A stretch of DNA of 64,000 nt, taken from Polyangia bacterium (GTDB lineage: Bacteria; Myxococcota_A; Polyangia; Palsa-1104; JAEUJZ01). Below the pieces are notes generated by a model that was not told the origin of the DNA, made no database searches, and worked only from the letters and a program-made list of their open reading frames with translations. The stretch spans positions 103,667 to 167,666 of the forward strand of contig JBGANQ010000002.1 of NCBI GenBank assembly GCA_044222245.1, written 5' to 3'. The position numbers were made by a program, and so were the translations under genes. Shown in pieces: positions 22,479 to 35,237 of the stretch. How positions within the stretch are numbered: the first letter of the stretch is position 1; every line of letters starts with the position of its first letter.

Positions 22479-22620
22479 ACGCTTTCGCTCCGACCTCTGC
22501 GTCGGTGGGGTCTGGCTTGGCCGACTCCACCGACATTTTTTTTGATTCTCCGTCGCTGGTCTTGTCTTACGGTCGGGCCATCGGGAGAAAAATCAAAAGG
22601 TTCCGTAACGGAACATTCTC

Positions 22621-22649
22621 CTGCCAGCGACAGGGGCTCTTGCTAGAAT
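22621..22649 (+). promoter_or_regulatory. Sigma70-like promoter CTGCCA-N17-(TGC)TAGAAT, 6 nt upstream of ATG 22656 (leaderless-type)
   Basis: Hexamers and spacing read directly from the sequence. No Shine-Dalgarno is possible in the 6-nt gap. Confidence 0.4.
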
Positions 22650-22655
22650 CTGGGC

Positions 22656-23702
22656 ATGCCCGCGCCACAGCTGCATCTGACCTTTGGCGATCTCGTCCAG
22701 CACAACGCGCTCTGTCCTCCCGCCCTGCGCAAGGCCTGCGCGGCGGAGCCGATCTATGCCCGCTTCGGCTCGATCTTCCATGACCTGCCCTATTACTACG
22801 CGCCGATGGTGTTCGAGGCGGTGCGCTACGGCCTCGGCGCCCCGGCGCTCGACGAGCCGTGGGGGTACCGCCTGCACTCGGTGCAGCCCGACCGGCTGGT
22901 CGCCTCGTACATCCGCGCCGCCCGCACGGTGCCCGGCCTGACCGAGGCCGAGCGGCTGGCGCTCGTCGGCGGCCTCTTGTCGCACTGCGCGATCGATCTG
23001 GCCATGCACCCGCTGGTCAACTACTGCGCCCGCCGCGACGTCCAGCGCCACGGCGGCCACGAGAGCACCCACCACCGGCTGACCGAGAAGTACCAGGCGC
23101 TGTTTCTCCACCTGTGGCGCCTGGGCGACGACGCGATCGGCACCCCGGCGTTCGCCGAGCGCTGCCGCATCACCAAGGCCGGCACCTCGCTGAACACCCG
23201 GGTCGAGCCGGCGATCCTGGAGCTTATGACCTCGGCGTTCACCGCCGCCTACGGCACCGCGCCGGCGGCGCTGCAGTTCTCCAAGTGGGTGCGCAACTTC
23301 CGCCAGTTCGGCATCTTGCTGAGCACCCCGATCGTCGCCAAGAACAGCCAGCGCACCCGCACCGAGGCGATGCGCGAGCGCTACTTCGTCACCGAGGTGT
23401 TCGACTGCCGCGACTTCTTCGCCGCCGCCGAGCGGCGCCTGGGCCGGCTCGGCTGGCTGGGCTACGAGTACTTCGTCAATGGCGACTTCTCGCCCGCCGC
23501 CGAGGCGGCGTTCCGCGCCGCTGCCGGCATCGACGATCTGGCCGAGCCGGCGGCGGTGGACATCCCGACGATCCCCTACCTGCCGCCGGTGCGCGGCAAG
23601 GTGAAGCTGCCGCGGGTGAAAAAGCCGGCCAAGGCGCGCTTCAAGCTGCCCCACATGCCGATTCGCCGCAAGCGCAAGGCCGCGGCCACCGTCGCTGTCT
23701 AG
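22656..23702 (+). CDS. Hypothetical protein, possibly a zinc-dependent phospholipase C-like metal hydrolase, with a basic C-terminal tail
   Basis: 348-aa ORF with coding-like composition. His-rich motifs are FHDLPYY, LSHCAIDLAMHPLVN and HESTHHRLTE. The family assignment is tentative. Confidence 0.45.
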   Translation: MPAPQLHLTFGDLVQHNALCPPALRKACAAEPIYARFGSIFHDLPYYYAPMVFEAVRYGLGAPALDEPWGYRLHSVQPDRLVASYIRAARTVPGLTEAERLALVGGLLSHCAIDLAMHPLVNYCARRDVQRHGGHESTHHRLTEKYQALFLHLWRLGDDAIGTPAFAERCRITKAGTSLNTRVEPAILELMTSAFTAAYGTAPAALQFSKWVRNFRQFGILLSTPIVAKNSQRTRTEAMRERYFVTEVFDCRDFFAAAERRLGRLGWLGYEYFVNGDFSPAAEAAFRAAAGIDDLAEPAAVDIPTIPYLPPVRGKVKLPRVKKPAKARFKLPHMPIRRKRKAAATVAV

Positions 23703-23750
23703 CGCTGCCCCAGAGCCTATTGGCGCTGGCCGACGCTGGCCAGGTGCCGT

Positions 23751-24867
23751 CTAGTGTTGCTCGGGGAGCCAGCGGCCGAGGTAGCCCTCGTAGATCGGGT
23801 TGTGCAGCTCGATGAAGCGGCCTGACTCCGAGGGCAGGATGACGCCGGTGTCGAGCAGGTAGGACTGCGCCTCGTTGGCCCGGCACAGCGCCACCTCCTC
23901 GCCGGCGAGCAGGCGCGCCACCAGCTCCTGGGCGTCGCGCCGCCCGAGCAGCAGATCGCTCACCGACAAAAGGTGCACGCAGTCCTCTTCGAGCAGCTGC
24001 GCCGCCGCGGCGCGCACGGTGGCGACCGCGGGCGGCCCGGCGCCATCGCGCGCGCGCGGCCCCTCCCCGGCCGGCGGCGAGTCCAGGCGCGGGCAGCCGA
24101 GCTGCTCATCGAGCTCGTAGGCGATGCGGCAGACCAGCCACGGCTGGCCGTGGGTCTTTTGCCACAGCTCCTCGCGCGCCTCGCGCCGCCAGGGGACGCC
24201 GCTGGCGGCGCAGTACTGGTCGAGCAGGGCGTCGACCTCGGCGCGCGACAGCGACGACAGCGGCATCGGCAGGGCGATGTTCCACAGCGAGCCGCTGCCG
24301 CGCGACTCATCGCCCGAGGGCCGCAGCTCGTCGCGCAGGTCGCGCACGTGGGTCTTGCCGCACAGGGTCAGCAGGGCGGACAAACGGCCGGCTGTCATCG
24401 GCCAGCGCCAGCGCGCTGCGGAAGCTGCGCAGCATGCTGAGCACCAGCTTGCGCGGCGGCGCGTCGTACTCGTCGAGGATCAGCACCAGCGGCCGCCCGA
24501 GCTTCTGCTGCGCCTCGCCGAGCCAGGCGCAGAACGACAGCGACTGCGGCTCGGTGGGCGTCCACTTGGGCAGGGCGGGCAGCGGGTAGGCCTTGTGCAG
24601 CGTCGCCTCGATGTGGCGAAAAAGGCCGGTCAGCGTCTGATCCTCGGCGACCTGCATGGCGCACAGCGCCACCGCCAGGTTCTGCTTGCGCAGCGCCGCG
24701 GCGAGCTCGCGCAGGAGCGTCGTCTTGCCGCTCTGCCGCGCCCGCACCAGAAGCAGCGACTCGCCGCGGGCGATCGCCTGCAGCGGCCGCCGCAGGCGCG
24801 CCGACAGATCGACCATGAAGTCGCGCCCCGGGACGCAGGGACCGGTGATGTTGAAGCGCAGCGCCAT
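23751..24867 (-). pseudogene. AAA-like domain (AAA_35-type) ATPase gene split by a frameshift near 24395-24410
   Basis: Track ORF 24307..24903 (from MALRFNITG at 24867; Walker A RARQSGKTTLL, Walker B LVLILDEYD) continues in another frame as track ORF 23751..24398 (..RLSALLTLCGKTHVRDL..). The two ORFs overlap by ~90 nt. Confidence 0.6.
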
Positions 24868-24960
24868 AATCTGATCCTGGGTCGCCGCGCGCGGCGATGG
24901 CAATCATTTGTTCGCTGCCGGACAGATTTTGCTGCGACCCCCGTCCGGAAACGGGAACGC

Positions 24961-24991
24961 AAAAACGCGCGGTACCCGAAGGTCCGCGCGC
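24961..24991 (-). terminator. Intrinsic terminator downstream of rpsI
   Basis: Minus-strand RNA reads GCGCGCGGACC-UUCG-GGUACCGCGCG followed by UUUUU: a GC stem with a UUCG tetraloop and a U-run. Confidence 0.8.
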
Positions 24992-25048
24992 TCTGTACAG
25001 AAAGGAGGCTCTTGCCCCGGCAGCCGAAGCGCCGGGGACTTGCCGCGG

Positions 25049-25450
<402 letters not shown>

Positions 25451-25479
25451 GTGCTATCTCGCAGGTCGTAGGGAATCGG

Positions 25480-25947
25480 TTAGGAGGCGCGCATCGTGCG
25501 CAGGGTCTGCTTCACTGGCTGCTGCGCCGAGTGCGGGTGCTCAGCTCCAGGGTATACCTTGAGCTTCTTGATGATGACGCGGCCAAGCGAGCCCTTGGGC
25601 AGCATGCCCCACACAGCGCGCTCGATCACTTCCTCGGAGCGGGTGGCCAGCATCTCTTTGGCCGGACGCGACTTCAAGCCGCCCATATAAAGGGTGTGCT
25701 TGTAGTAAAGCTTGGCGTCGTTCTTGTTGCCGGTGAGCACGACCTTCTGGGCGTTGAGCACGATGACGAAGTCACCGCAGTCGACGTTGGGCGTGTAGCT
25801 CGGCTTGTGCTTGCCGCGCAGGATGTGGGCGATCTGCGTCGCGGCGCGGCCAAGAGTCAGGCCGGCGACGTCGACAACGTGCCACTTGCGCTCGGTCAAG
25901 GCTTTTTCGGTGCTGGTATAGGGGGTGCGTCGAATCGGAGTAAGCAT
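25480..25947 (-). CDS. rplM: 50S ribosomal protein L13
   Basis: From [12 protein letters not shown]: [46 protein letters not shown]. Start is ATG 25947 inside track ORF 25480..26106. Confidence 0.97.
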   Translation of the reverse strand: MLTPIRRTPYTSTEKALTERKWHVVDVAGLTLGRAATQIAHILRGKHKPSYTPNVDCGDFVIVLNAQKVVLTGNKNDAKLYYKHTLYMGGLKSRPAKEMLATRSEEVIERAVWGMLPKGSLGRVIIKKLKVYPGAEHPHSAQQPVKQTLRTMRAS

Positions 25948-26173
25948 GCGCGGTTCCGTTGCTGTTGGAGAGCTCTTAGAGAGCACAAGGAAGTACCGGA
26001 AGCGCTCTTTGCTGTCAAGAACCAATACGTTACCGGCCCCAAAACTGCCGCTGCCCCCCGCGCCTTCCAGGTCTTCAGGTCTTCCTGCGCCTTCCCTGGT
26101 CGCCAAAGCGCAGGCACCTTCCCGGCACCTTCTAAGACCGCATTTTTACCCGGAAATGTCCCGCGATTCACCT

Positions 26174-26203
26174 TTGCAGAGCGTGCAGTTTAGGTGATAG
26201 AGT
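26174..26203 (+). promoter_or_regulatory. Sigma70-like promoter TTGCAG-N18-(TGA)TAGAGT, 6 nt upstream of the lon ATG (leaderless-type)
   Basis: Read directly from the sequence. An extended -10 TG is present, and there is no room for a Shine-Dalgarno. Confidence 0.45.
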
Positions 26204-26209
26204 GACCGC

Positions 26210-28688
<2,479 letters not shown>

Positions 28689-28855
28689 GCCGCCGCGGGT
28701 CGAGCCGCGGCGTCGGCTTCGGTCCGACCCGCGGTCGGCTGCGGTGCGCGCCGCGGGGCCAGTGAAAAAATCTAAGTCTTCAAAAGGTTTTTCTTGACTG
28801 GCCCGCGCGCCCTCTGTTACCAGTTACATCCACCTGGTTGCCGGAGGGTTTGCAA

Positions 28856-28927
28856 GGGCGTATAGCTCAGTGGTAGAGCATCGGCCTTACAAGCCGAGGG
28901 TCACAGGTTCAAGCCCTGTTGCGCCCA
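28856..28927 (+). tRNA. tRNA-Val (anticodon TAC)
   Basis: Manual cloverleaf: acceptor GGGCGTA/TGCGCCC, D arm GCTC-AGTGGTA-GAGC, anticodon arm TCGGC-CTTACAA-GCCGA, T arm ACAGG-TTCAAGC-CCTGT. No encoded CCA. Confidence 0.9.
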
Positions 28928-28958
28928 CAGCAAAAGTAAAAGTCCTGTCTCATCCTAT

Positions 28959-29032
<74 letters not shown>

Positions 29033-29041
29033 CTTCTAAAA

Positions 29042-29080
29042 AGGCCCGCTCCCAAAAAGGAGCTGGGCCTTTTTCTTTTT
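29042..29080 (+). terminator. Intrinsic terminator after the tRNA pair
   Basis: AGGCCCGCTCC-caaaaa-GGAGCTGGGCCT followed by TTTTTCTTTTT. Confidence 0.8.
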
Positions 29081-29142
29081 CCGCGTCGCTGCGCCCGCGC
29101 ATCGGCGCTGACTATTGCCGCGCGCTCTGCGAAACTAGCGCC

Positions 29143-31311
29143 ATGAGCGCAACCAAGCGGCGACGCAAGTTCCTGCGCGGCCTCGGCATCGCCGGTCTTC
29201 TGCTGGTGGCAGGGCTCGGCATCTATACCTATCACCCGCAGCCGGCGCTGCCCGACCTGCAGCCGTTTCTGGTGCGGGCGCGCGACTATGACGTGACGAT
29301 CGCCCGCGACTCGTGGGGCGTGCCGACGGTCCTGGGGCCGCGCGATGTCGACGGCGCGTTCGGCCTGGCCTACGCTCACGGCGAGGATGACTGGGAGACC
29401 ATCCAGACGGTGCTCCTGGCGACGCGCGGCCGGCTGGCCGAGCGCGACGGACCCAAGGCCGTGCCCACCGATGTCGTGGTCCACCTGCTCAAGGTCTGGG
29501 AGACCGTCGATGAGGGCTACGCGACCCGGCTGTCGCCAAAGGTGCGGGCCCTCTGCGAGGCGTACGCCGACGGACTCAACGCCTTCGCCGCCCGCCACCC
29601 GCAGCGCGTCGCCGGCGGCCTGCTGCCGGTGCGCGGCCAGGACGTGGTCGCCGGCTTCGTGTTCAAGACGCCGTTCTTCTATGGCCTGGACCGCACCCTG
29701 GGCGCGCTGCTCGACAAGGATCGCCGGCCTCACCTGGCCCTTTCCGGCAAGACCGCCTGGCACGCCACCAGCGCGCCGCCGCTGGAGCTCGGCTCCAACG
29801 CCTTCGCCATCGCGCCGCAGCGCAGCGGCGACGGCACCACGCGGCTCGTGGTCAACTCGCACCAGCCGTTCACCGGCCCGGTCGCCTGGTGGGAGGCGCG
29901 CATCCTCACCGGCGAGGGCTGGGAGGTCGCCGGCGGCTTCTTCCCCGGCAGTCCATTCATGCTGCACGGCCACAACCGGCGGCTCGGCTGGGCGGCGACC
30001 GTCAACCAGCCCGACCTCATCGACGTCTACGTGCTGGACCTCGACCCGCGCGATCCCAAGCGCTACCGCCTGGACGGGGTCTACCAGAAGATGGAGACTA
30101 GGAAGCTCAAGATCCCGATCCACCTGTTTGGCCCGTTTGTCTTCCCGCTGCCCTACGAGGTCGACTTCACCGTCCACGGCCCGGTGGTGCGCGGCAAGCA
30201 CGGAAGCTACGCGGTACGCTACGCCGGCCAGGGTGAGGTGCGCCACGTCGACCAGTACTACCGCTTAAACCGCGCCCAGAACCGCGAGCAGTGGCTCGAC
30301 GCGATGCGCCTCAACGTCCTGCCGTCGATCAACTTCACCTACGCCGACGCCGACGGCAACATCGGCTACGTCCACAACGCGATGATGCCGCGCCGCAAAG
30401 CGGGGATCGACTGGACCCAGGATCTGCCCGGCGATCGCTCGGACCTCATCTGGTCGCTGTCCGAGCGGGTGCCCTTTGACGCCCTGCCGCAGCTGTGGAA
30501 TCCGCCCTCGGGCGCCGTGTTCAACGCCAACAACACGCCGCTGCACGCCACCGATGGCCCGGGCAACCTGCAGCCGGCGGCGGTGCCGGCGACCTTTGGC
30601 ATCGAGCAGCGGATGACCAACCGCGCCCTGCGCGCCGAGGAGCTCTTGCGCGCGACGCCCATCGTCAGCCGGCAGGAGCTGTTGCGCATCAAGTTCGATG
30701 ATCGCTACGCCAAGGACTCGCGCGCCGCGGCGGTGAAGGCCGAGGTGCTGGCGCTGCCCGAGCCGACCGACCCGGTGCTGCGCGAGGCGCGCCGCGTACT
30801 CGCGCAGTGGGACCTCGGCGCCGAGCAGAAGAACCCGAGCGCGGCGATCGGCGTGCTCACCGTGCGCCGCGTGCTCACCGCCGAGTACCTGGGCAAGGAG
30901 ACGCCGGTGGTCGGCACGCTCTTTGAAGAGTCGGCGCGCTGGCTGATGCAGCACTTTGGCCGCATCGACGTCCCCTGGGGCGAGGTGAATCGGCTGCGCC
31001 GCGGGGCCCTGGATCTGCCGCTCGACGGCGCGCCCGACACCCTGCGCGCGGTCTACGGCGAGCTCGCCGATGATGGCCACCTCCACGCCACGGTGGGCGA
31101 CAGCCTGATCATGGTCGTCGAGTGGCCCAAGGAAGGCGCGGTGCGCGCCGAGAGCGTGCACCAGTTCGGCGCCGCCACCCTGCAAGAGACTTCGTCCCAC
31201 TATGCCGACCAGGCGCCGCTGTTCGCGACGCAGCGCTTTAAGCCCGTGCCCTTTGCGCGCGAGGCGGTGCTCAGCAGCGCCGCTTCGACCTACCGACCGG
31301 GCCGGGAATAA
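29143..31311 (+). CDS. Penicillin acylase family (Ntn hydrolase; acyl-homoserine-lactone acylase-like) protein
   Basis: 722 aa with a TM/signal N-terminus. RDSWGVPTV..GLAYAHGEDDW, and the predicted beta-subunit nucleophile context LELGSNAFAIAP. Confidence 0.88.
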   Translation: MSATKRRRKFLRGLGIAGLLLVAGLGIYTYHPQPALPDLQPFLVRARDYDVTIARDSWGVPTVLGPRDVDGAFGLAYAHGEDDWETIQTVLLATRGRLAERDGPKAVPTDVVVHLLKVWETVDEGYATRLSPKVRALCEAYADGLNAFAARHPQRVAGGLLPVRGQDVVAGFVFKTPFFYGLDRTLGALLDKDRRPHLALSGKTAWHATSAPPLELGSNAFAIAPQRSGDGTTRLVVNSHQPFTGPVAWWEARILTGEGWEVAGGFFPGSPFMLHGHNRRLGWAATVNQPDLIDVYVLDLDPRDPKRYRLDGVYQKMETRKLKIPIHLFGPFVFPLPYEVDFTVHGPVVRGKHGSYAVRYAGQGEVRHVDQYYRLNRAQNREQWLDAMRLNVLPSINFTYADADGNIGYVHNAMMPRRKAGIDWTQDLPGDRSDLIWSLSERVPFDALPQLWNPPSGAVFNANNTPLHATDGPGNLQPAAVPATFGIEQRMTNRALRAEELLRATPIVSRQELLRIKFDDRYAKDSRAAAVKAEVLALPEPTDPVLREARRVLAQWDLGAEQKNPSAAIGVLTVRRVLTAEYLGKETPVVGTLFEESARWLMQHFGRIDVPWGEVNRLRRGALDLPLDGAPDTLRAVYGELADDGHLHATVGDSLIMVVEWPKEGAVRAESVHQFGAATLQETSSHYADQAPLFATQRFKPVPFAREAVLSSAASTYRPGRE

Positions 31312-31442
31312 GCGCAGCCCAGCCAGCACGCGGCAGCGCGGCGCACGGCCGCAGCTGACCAGCGGGTCGCCGCGGCCGCTAGAGGGACGCGGCGGCGCTG
31401 GCGGGCACCCGGATGCTCAGGCGGCGGAGTCGGCGCGGCGGC

Positions 31443-32315
31443 TCATCTGCCGGCGTCCGGGCTCGGCTGGCCGCGGCGCTGCTGCAGCAGCCACTCGAAC
31501 AGCGCCGGCTCGGCGTAGGTCGGCTCTTCGGCGGCGTGACCTGTGTGCGGCCACTCGGTGTAGCGGACCACGCCGCCCGCCTCGTGCAGCGCCTGCGCCA
31601 TCTGCCGCGACTCGCCGACCGGGACAAAGAAGTCGGTGGCGCCGTGAAAGATCCAGACCGGGGTGCGGCCGAGCTTGCGCGCCATGCTGGCAAAAGGATC
31701 TGCCAGATCGATGAGCTGCTGCTCCCGCGGCACGCGGATCCACGGCGGCGGCCGCACCCCGCCGCAGATCGGCGCCAGCGCCGCGAACCGTCCCGGGTAG
31801 CGCGCCGCCAGGAAGTAGGTGCCAAAGCCGCCCATCGAGTTGCCAGTCACGTACACCCGCTCGGGATCGCCGTTGAAGTCGCGGATCGCGGTCTCCAGCG
31901 CTTCCATTGCCCGCTGCGCCATGTCGGGCATCGCCCAGAACCCGCCCGGGGCGCACTGCGGGAACACGACGATGAACGGAAAGTAGCCTAAAGTCGCCTG
32001 CACCGCCGGACCCAGCCCGACCTGGGTCTGGGCGAGCCCGTCCTGACCGCGCTCGCCGCCGCCGTGAAGGTACAGGATCACCGGCCACTTGCGGTCCGCG
32101 GTGTGGTGGGTCGGGCGGTAGATCCAGTACTTGTGCAGGCCCTTTGGGGTGGCCACCTGGCGGGCGACAAAGCCGTGACTCGGCTCGGGGATGAACGCCG
32201 CCGGCCCGGCGCAGCCGACAAGCCCGCCCGCCGGCCCGGCGAGCAGGCAGAATAAAAGCCCAAGGCGCGCGAGCGCGCCGCGGCACCAGGGGTTATTGCG
32301 AGCAGCGGACCGCAT
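31443..32315 (-). CDS. Alpha/beta-hydrolase esterase lipoprotein (phospholipase/carboxylesterase or PHB-depolymerase-like)
   Basis: Lipobox LVGC, then PVILYLHGGGERG, nucleophile elbow GNSMGG, and a late HGATD..H. Confidence 0.8.
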   Translation of the reverse strand: MRSAARNNPWCRGALARLGLLFCLLAGPAGGLVGCAGPAAFIPEPSHGFVARQVATPKGLHKYWIYRPTHHTADRKWPVILYLHGGGERGQDGLAQTQVGLGPAVQATLGYFPFIVVFPQCAPGGFWAMPDMAQRAMEALETAIRDFNGDPERVYVTGNSMGGFGTYFLAARYPGRFAALAPICGGVRPPPWIRVPREQQLIDLADPFASMARKLGRTPVWIFHGATDFFVPVGESRQMAQALHEAGGVVRYTEWPHTGHAAEEPTYAEPALFEWLLQQRRGQPSPDAGR

Positions 32316-32992
32316 CAGCCTTTACCTCCCGCCGTGTCCCACCACCGGGACAGCGAGGCCTGAGTGAACGGAGGATGATCTTCATAGTGCGAGACATCGT
32401 TAAACAGAATCAGCCGCGCCCGCGTCGCATCGCGGAAATCCAGCACGTTCAGGCAGCACGGCTTCTGGTCGAGTCGATCGCGGTAGCCGCGCAGATCAAA
32501 GCCGAGGATGCTGCCCATGAGCAGCCGGTTCGTCGCCTTGTGTGAGACTAGCAGCACGGTCTCATTAGGATGCCGCTGCACCATCTCGCGCAGCGCGGGC
32601 AGGGCGCGAGCGAGCACGGAGAGGCCGGTCTCGCCGCCGGGCGGCGCGAAGGTAAACGGGTCGTCCTCCCAGGCGCGATACTCTTGGGGAAAGGCCGCCT
32701 CGACCTCGGCGCGGGTGCGCTGCTCCCAGTGGCCGTGATCAATCTCGCGCAGCTCGTCCCGGGGGAGCACCGGCAGCGCATGCGGCGCCGCCAGGAGCTC
32801 GGCGGTGCGCCGGGTGCGCTGCAGCGGGCTGGCATACACCGCGGCCAGCTTGACGCTCCCCAGGCGGCGCGCCAAAAGCCGCGCCTGCTGCTCGCCCTCC
32901 GTCGATAAAGCCACATCGGTGGCGCCGGCGAAGCGGTCTTCCGCAGACAGCTCGGTGCTGCCGTGCCGGACTAGGAGGATGCGGGTGCTCAT
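32315..32992 (-). CDS. Histidine phosphatase family protein (phosphoglycerate mutase-like)
   Basis: From MSTRILLVRHGST (ATG 32992): RHG catalytic motif and LLVSHKATNRLL. Its stop forms an ATGA overlap with the downstream esterase start. Confidence 0.85.
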   Translation of the reverse strand: MSTRILLVRHGSTELSAEDRFAGATDVALSTEGEQQARLLARRLGSVKLAAVYASPLQRTRRTAELLAAPHALPVLPRDELREIDHGHWEQRTRAEVEAAFPQEYRAWEDDPFTFAPPGGETGLSVLARALPALREMVQRHPNETVLLVSHKATNRLLMGSILGFDLRGYRDRLDQKPCCLNVLDFRDATRARLILFNDVSHYEDHPPFTQASLSRWWDTAGGKG

Positions 32993-33124
32993 GCCCAAAT
33001 TGTACTCCTGGCGGGCAAAAGCCAAAGGACCTGGCCCGCCTAAAGCGCGCGGCGCTGGCCGGCTGGAATTGGCCGCCAATGGGAGCGCCGACTGTGATAT
33101 CCTCCTGCCGGGAGGAACTAGAAG

Positions 33125-34426
33125 ATGCGCGATGGGCAAGGTATGCGGCCGGCTCCTTGGGGCGGTCGCGACAAGCGGCAGCTGCTGACCGCCGCCAGCT
33201 GGCTGGCGCTCGGCGCCCTTTCATCTTGCGACTCCGCAGTCAATAACCTGGTGGTCGCGGTGAGCGGCCTGCCGGCGCGCGCGGTCACGCTGTCCGTACA
33301 GGCGACCCTGGCCGGCAAGCCGGCGCAGAGCGCGATGGATTTCACCCAGCCGCTGGATCGCCTGGGGGTCGTGCTGCCGGCGGAGGCCAGCGGCAACCTG
33401 ACGCTGAACCTGAGCGCGCTCGACAGCGACCGCTGCACCCAGGGAACCGCGGTGGTCACCACCGAGCTGCCCTCCCAGCACATCGATCCGCCGCTGTCCG
33501 CCGCCATCGCTGCCAAGAGCCCGCGCCAGTGCGGTGCCCTGCCGCCGTGCGCCGCCGGCGCCGTGTGTCCGCTGACCTCGCCCCCCCAGAAGTCGGCAAT
33601 CTTCGGCATGTGGTCGATCTCGGCGAGCGACATCTGGGCGGTGGGCGCGGCCGGGGCCCTTATGCACTTTGACGGCAGCGCCTGGAGCGCGGTCCCCAGC
33701 GGCGTTGCCAGCGACCTCAACGCGGTCTGGGCCAGCAGCGCTACCGATGTCTGGGCGGTCGGCGCCAGCAACAAGTTCCTCCACTACAACGGCACCAGCT
33801 GGGCTCCCGTGACCACCGGCTCCATCTACCCCATGAACGCAGTGTGGGGCACCGCCGCCAACAATGTCTGGGCGGTCGGCGACAACAGCGGCCTGGCCGG
33901 CGGCTATGGCGAGTTCTGGCACTGGGACGGCGCGAGCTGGACCAAGGTGGCCACCGGAATCATGGGCGCCCTATATGGAGTGTGGGCCAGCTCGCCGACC
34001 GACATCTTCGCCTGCGGTCCGGCGGGGCTCATCATTCACTTCGATGGGGTGCTGTGGAAGACCAAGACCAGCGCCACCGCGAACAACCTGTATGCCATCT
34101 GGGGCACCGCGCCCAATCAGGTCTTTGCCGCCGGCCAGCTCGGTACGGTCGTGCGCTATGACGGCTCGATCTGGCGGACGGTTCCAGCCGGGGGGAACCT
34201 GCAGGATCTGAACAGTATCTTCGGCGATGGCAAGGCGGTCTACATCGCCGGCGACATCGGCACGCTGCTGCGCAGCTCGGCCACGTTTGATAGCTTCCAG
34301 GGGCTGCCCACCGGCTTCAGCGCCCATCTATATGCAGTCCAGCCGCAAGGCAGTAACGGCATCGGCTGGCTGGCCGGCAGCAGCGGCACCGGCGGCGTGC
34401 TGGCCTACTACGATAACCGTCCCTGA
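33125..34426 (+). CDS. Lipoprotein with about six beta-propeller-like repeats
   Basis: GGAGGA lies 8 nt upstream and the lipobox is LSSC. The repeated unit is D(I/V)WAVG..(H/R)(F/Y)(D/N)G..W..V, seen six times. Confidence 0.6.
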   Translation: MRDGQGMRPAPWGGRDKRQLLTAASWLALGALSSCDSAVNNLVVAVSGLPARAVTLSVQATLAGKPAQSAMDFTQPLDRLGVVLPAEASGNLTLNLSALDSDRCTQGTAVVTTELPSQHIDPPLSAAIAAKSPRQCGALPPCAAGAVCPLTSPPQKSAIFGMWSISASDIWAVGAAGALMHFDGSAWSAVPSGVASDLNAVWASSATDVWAVGASNKFLHYNGTSWAPVTTGSIYPMNAVWGTAANNVWAVGDNSGLAGGYGEFWHWDGASWTKVATGIMGALYGVWASSPTDIFACGPAGLIIHFDGVLWKTKTSATANNLYAIWGTAPNQVFAAGQLGTVVRYDGSIWRTVPAGGNLQDLNSIFGDGKAVYIAGDIGTLLRSSATFDSFQGLPTGFSAHLYAVQPQGSNGIGWLAGSSGTGGVLAYYDNRP

Positions 34427-34642
34427 GCCGCTTCTCTCTGTCCGCCGCACCCTCCCAAGTTCCGCCGCTGCGCTCTTAAAAGACTCTGCAGTCAGCTACC
34501 GCTCGTCGCTTCGCGAGCGATCTGGCCCAGATTCCCTGCAAGCGAGCGCCTGGGCTCTGCAAATCTGACACATGAGCCCCCCTGACACAGCGCGCGGCGC
34601 TTGAGCCGCAGTTCTGCCGTCAGAACTGGCGCCTGCGCAGCC

Positions 34643-34659
34643 TGGCATACGCTGTGCAT
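34643..34659 (+). promoter_or_regulatory. Candidate sigma54 (-24/-12) promoter TGGCAT-N5-GTGCA
   Basis: GG at 34644-45 and GC at 34656-57 have the canonical 12-nt register. The site lies ~100 nt upstream of ATG 34755. It has several mismatches to YTGGCACGrNNNTTGCW. Confidence 0.35.
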
Positions 34660-34754
34660 TCCAAGCCGCTCGTCCAGGAATGCCAGCTTCGGCTCCCTGG
34701 GTAGGCTTTTCACCAGGGGCCGGAGGAGACCCTCCAGCCAGAGGGAGTCTTGCC

Positions 34755-35237
34755 ATGAGCCAGAGTCACGCCCGCATCACTCCAGAAGATCCGCTCCCAG
34801 ACCGCGAGCAGCAGGTCGTAATCCCGATTGTTGCCGAGGGACTGGTGGTTGAAAAGATCGAGCACGATACCGGCGGGGTGCGCGCTACCAAGTCGGTGCG
34901 CGAGCGCGTTCAGGTGGTGGATGAGCCGCTTGCTCGCGAAGAGGTCACGGTAGAGCGCAAGGCGGTCAACCAGGTCCTCACTACCCCGGCCCAGCCGCGT
35001 CAGGAAGGCGACACGCTGGTGATCCCGGTGATGGAGGAGATCCTGGTCGTCGAGAGGCGACTCCTGTTGAAGGAAGAAATTTACATTCATAAGCGGCGCA
35101 AGGAAGTCCACGACCCGCGGCGGTTCGTGGTGCGCAGCGAGGAAGTCACTATCGAAAAGCTTGGTCCGGCGGATGCCGTCGGCAGCCAGAACCAGCCTGC
35201 GCCCGCGCCGGCTACCACGGAAGGTGGAGTGAAATGA
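34755..35237 (+). CDS. YsnF/AvaK-type (DUF2382) stress-response domain protein
   Basis: ATG 34755 with an upstream GAGGGAG. VIPIVAEGLVVEK..VRATKSVRERV..VTVERK..IPVMEEILVVERRLLLKEEIYI is typical of the repeated DUF2382 pattern. Confidence 0.7.
   Translation: MSQSHARITPEDPLPDREQQVVIPIVAEGLVVEKIEHDTGGVRATKSVRERVQVVDEPLAREEVTVERKAVNQVLTTPAQPRQEGDTLVIPVMEEILVVERRLLLKEEIYIHKRRKEVHDPRRFVVRSEEVTIEKLGPADAVGSQNQPAPAPATTEGGVK

Noticed and set aside
28794-28823. TTGACT (28794-28799) as the -35 of a tRNA promoter
   Set aside because: The best -10 candidates at 17-18 nt spacing (TTACCA, TACCAG) are poor. It is plausible but not supportable from sequence alone.
30880-30895. Additional GCCGAGTAC strings at about 30884 and about 37153, as possible further core copies
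   Set aside because: They lack the leading A and the GGACC/GGTCC flanks. They sit inside well-supported CDSs as Ala-Glu-Tyr codons, so they are chance matches.
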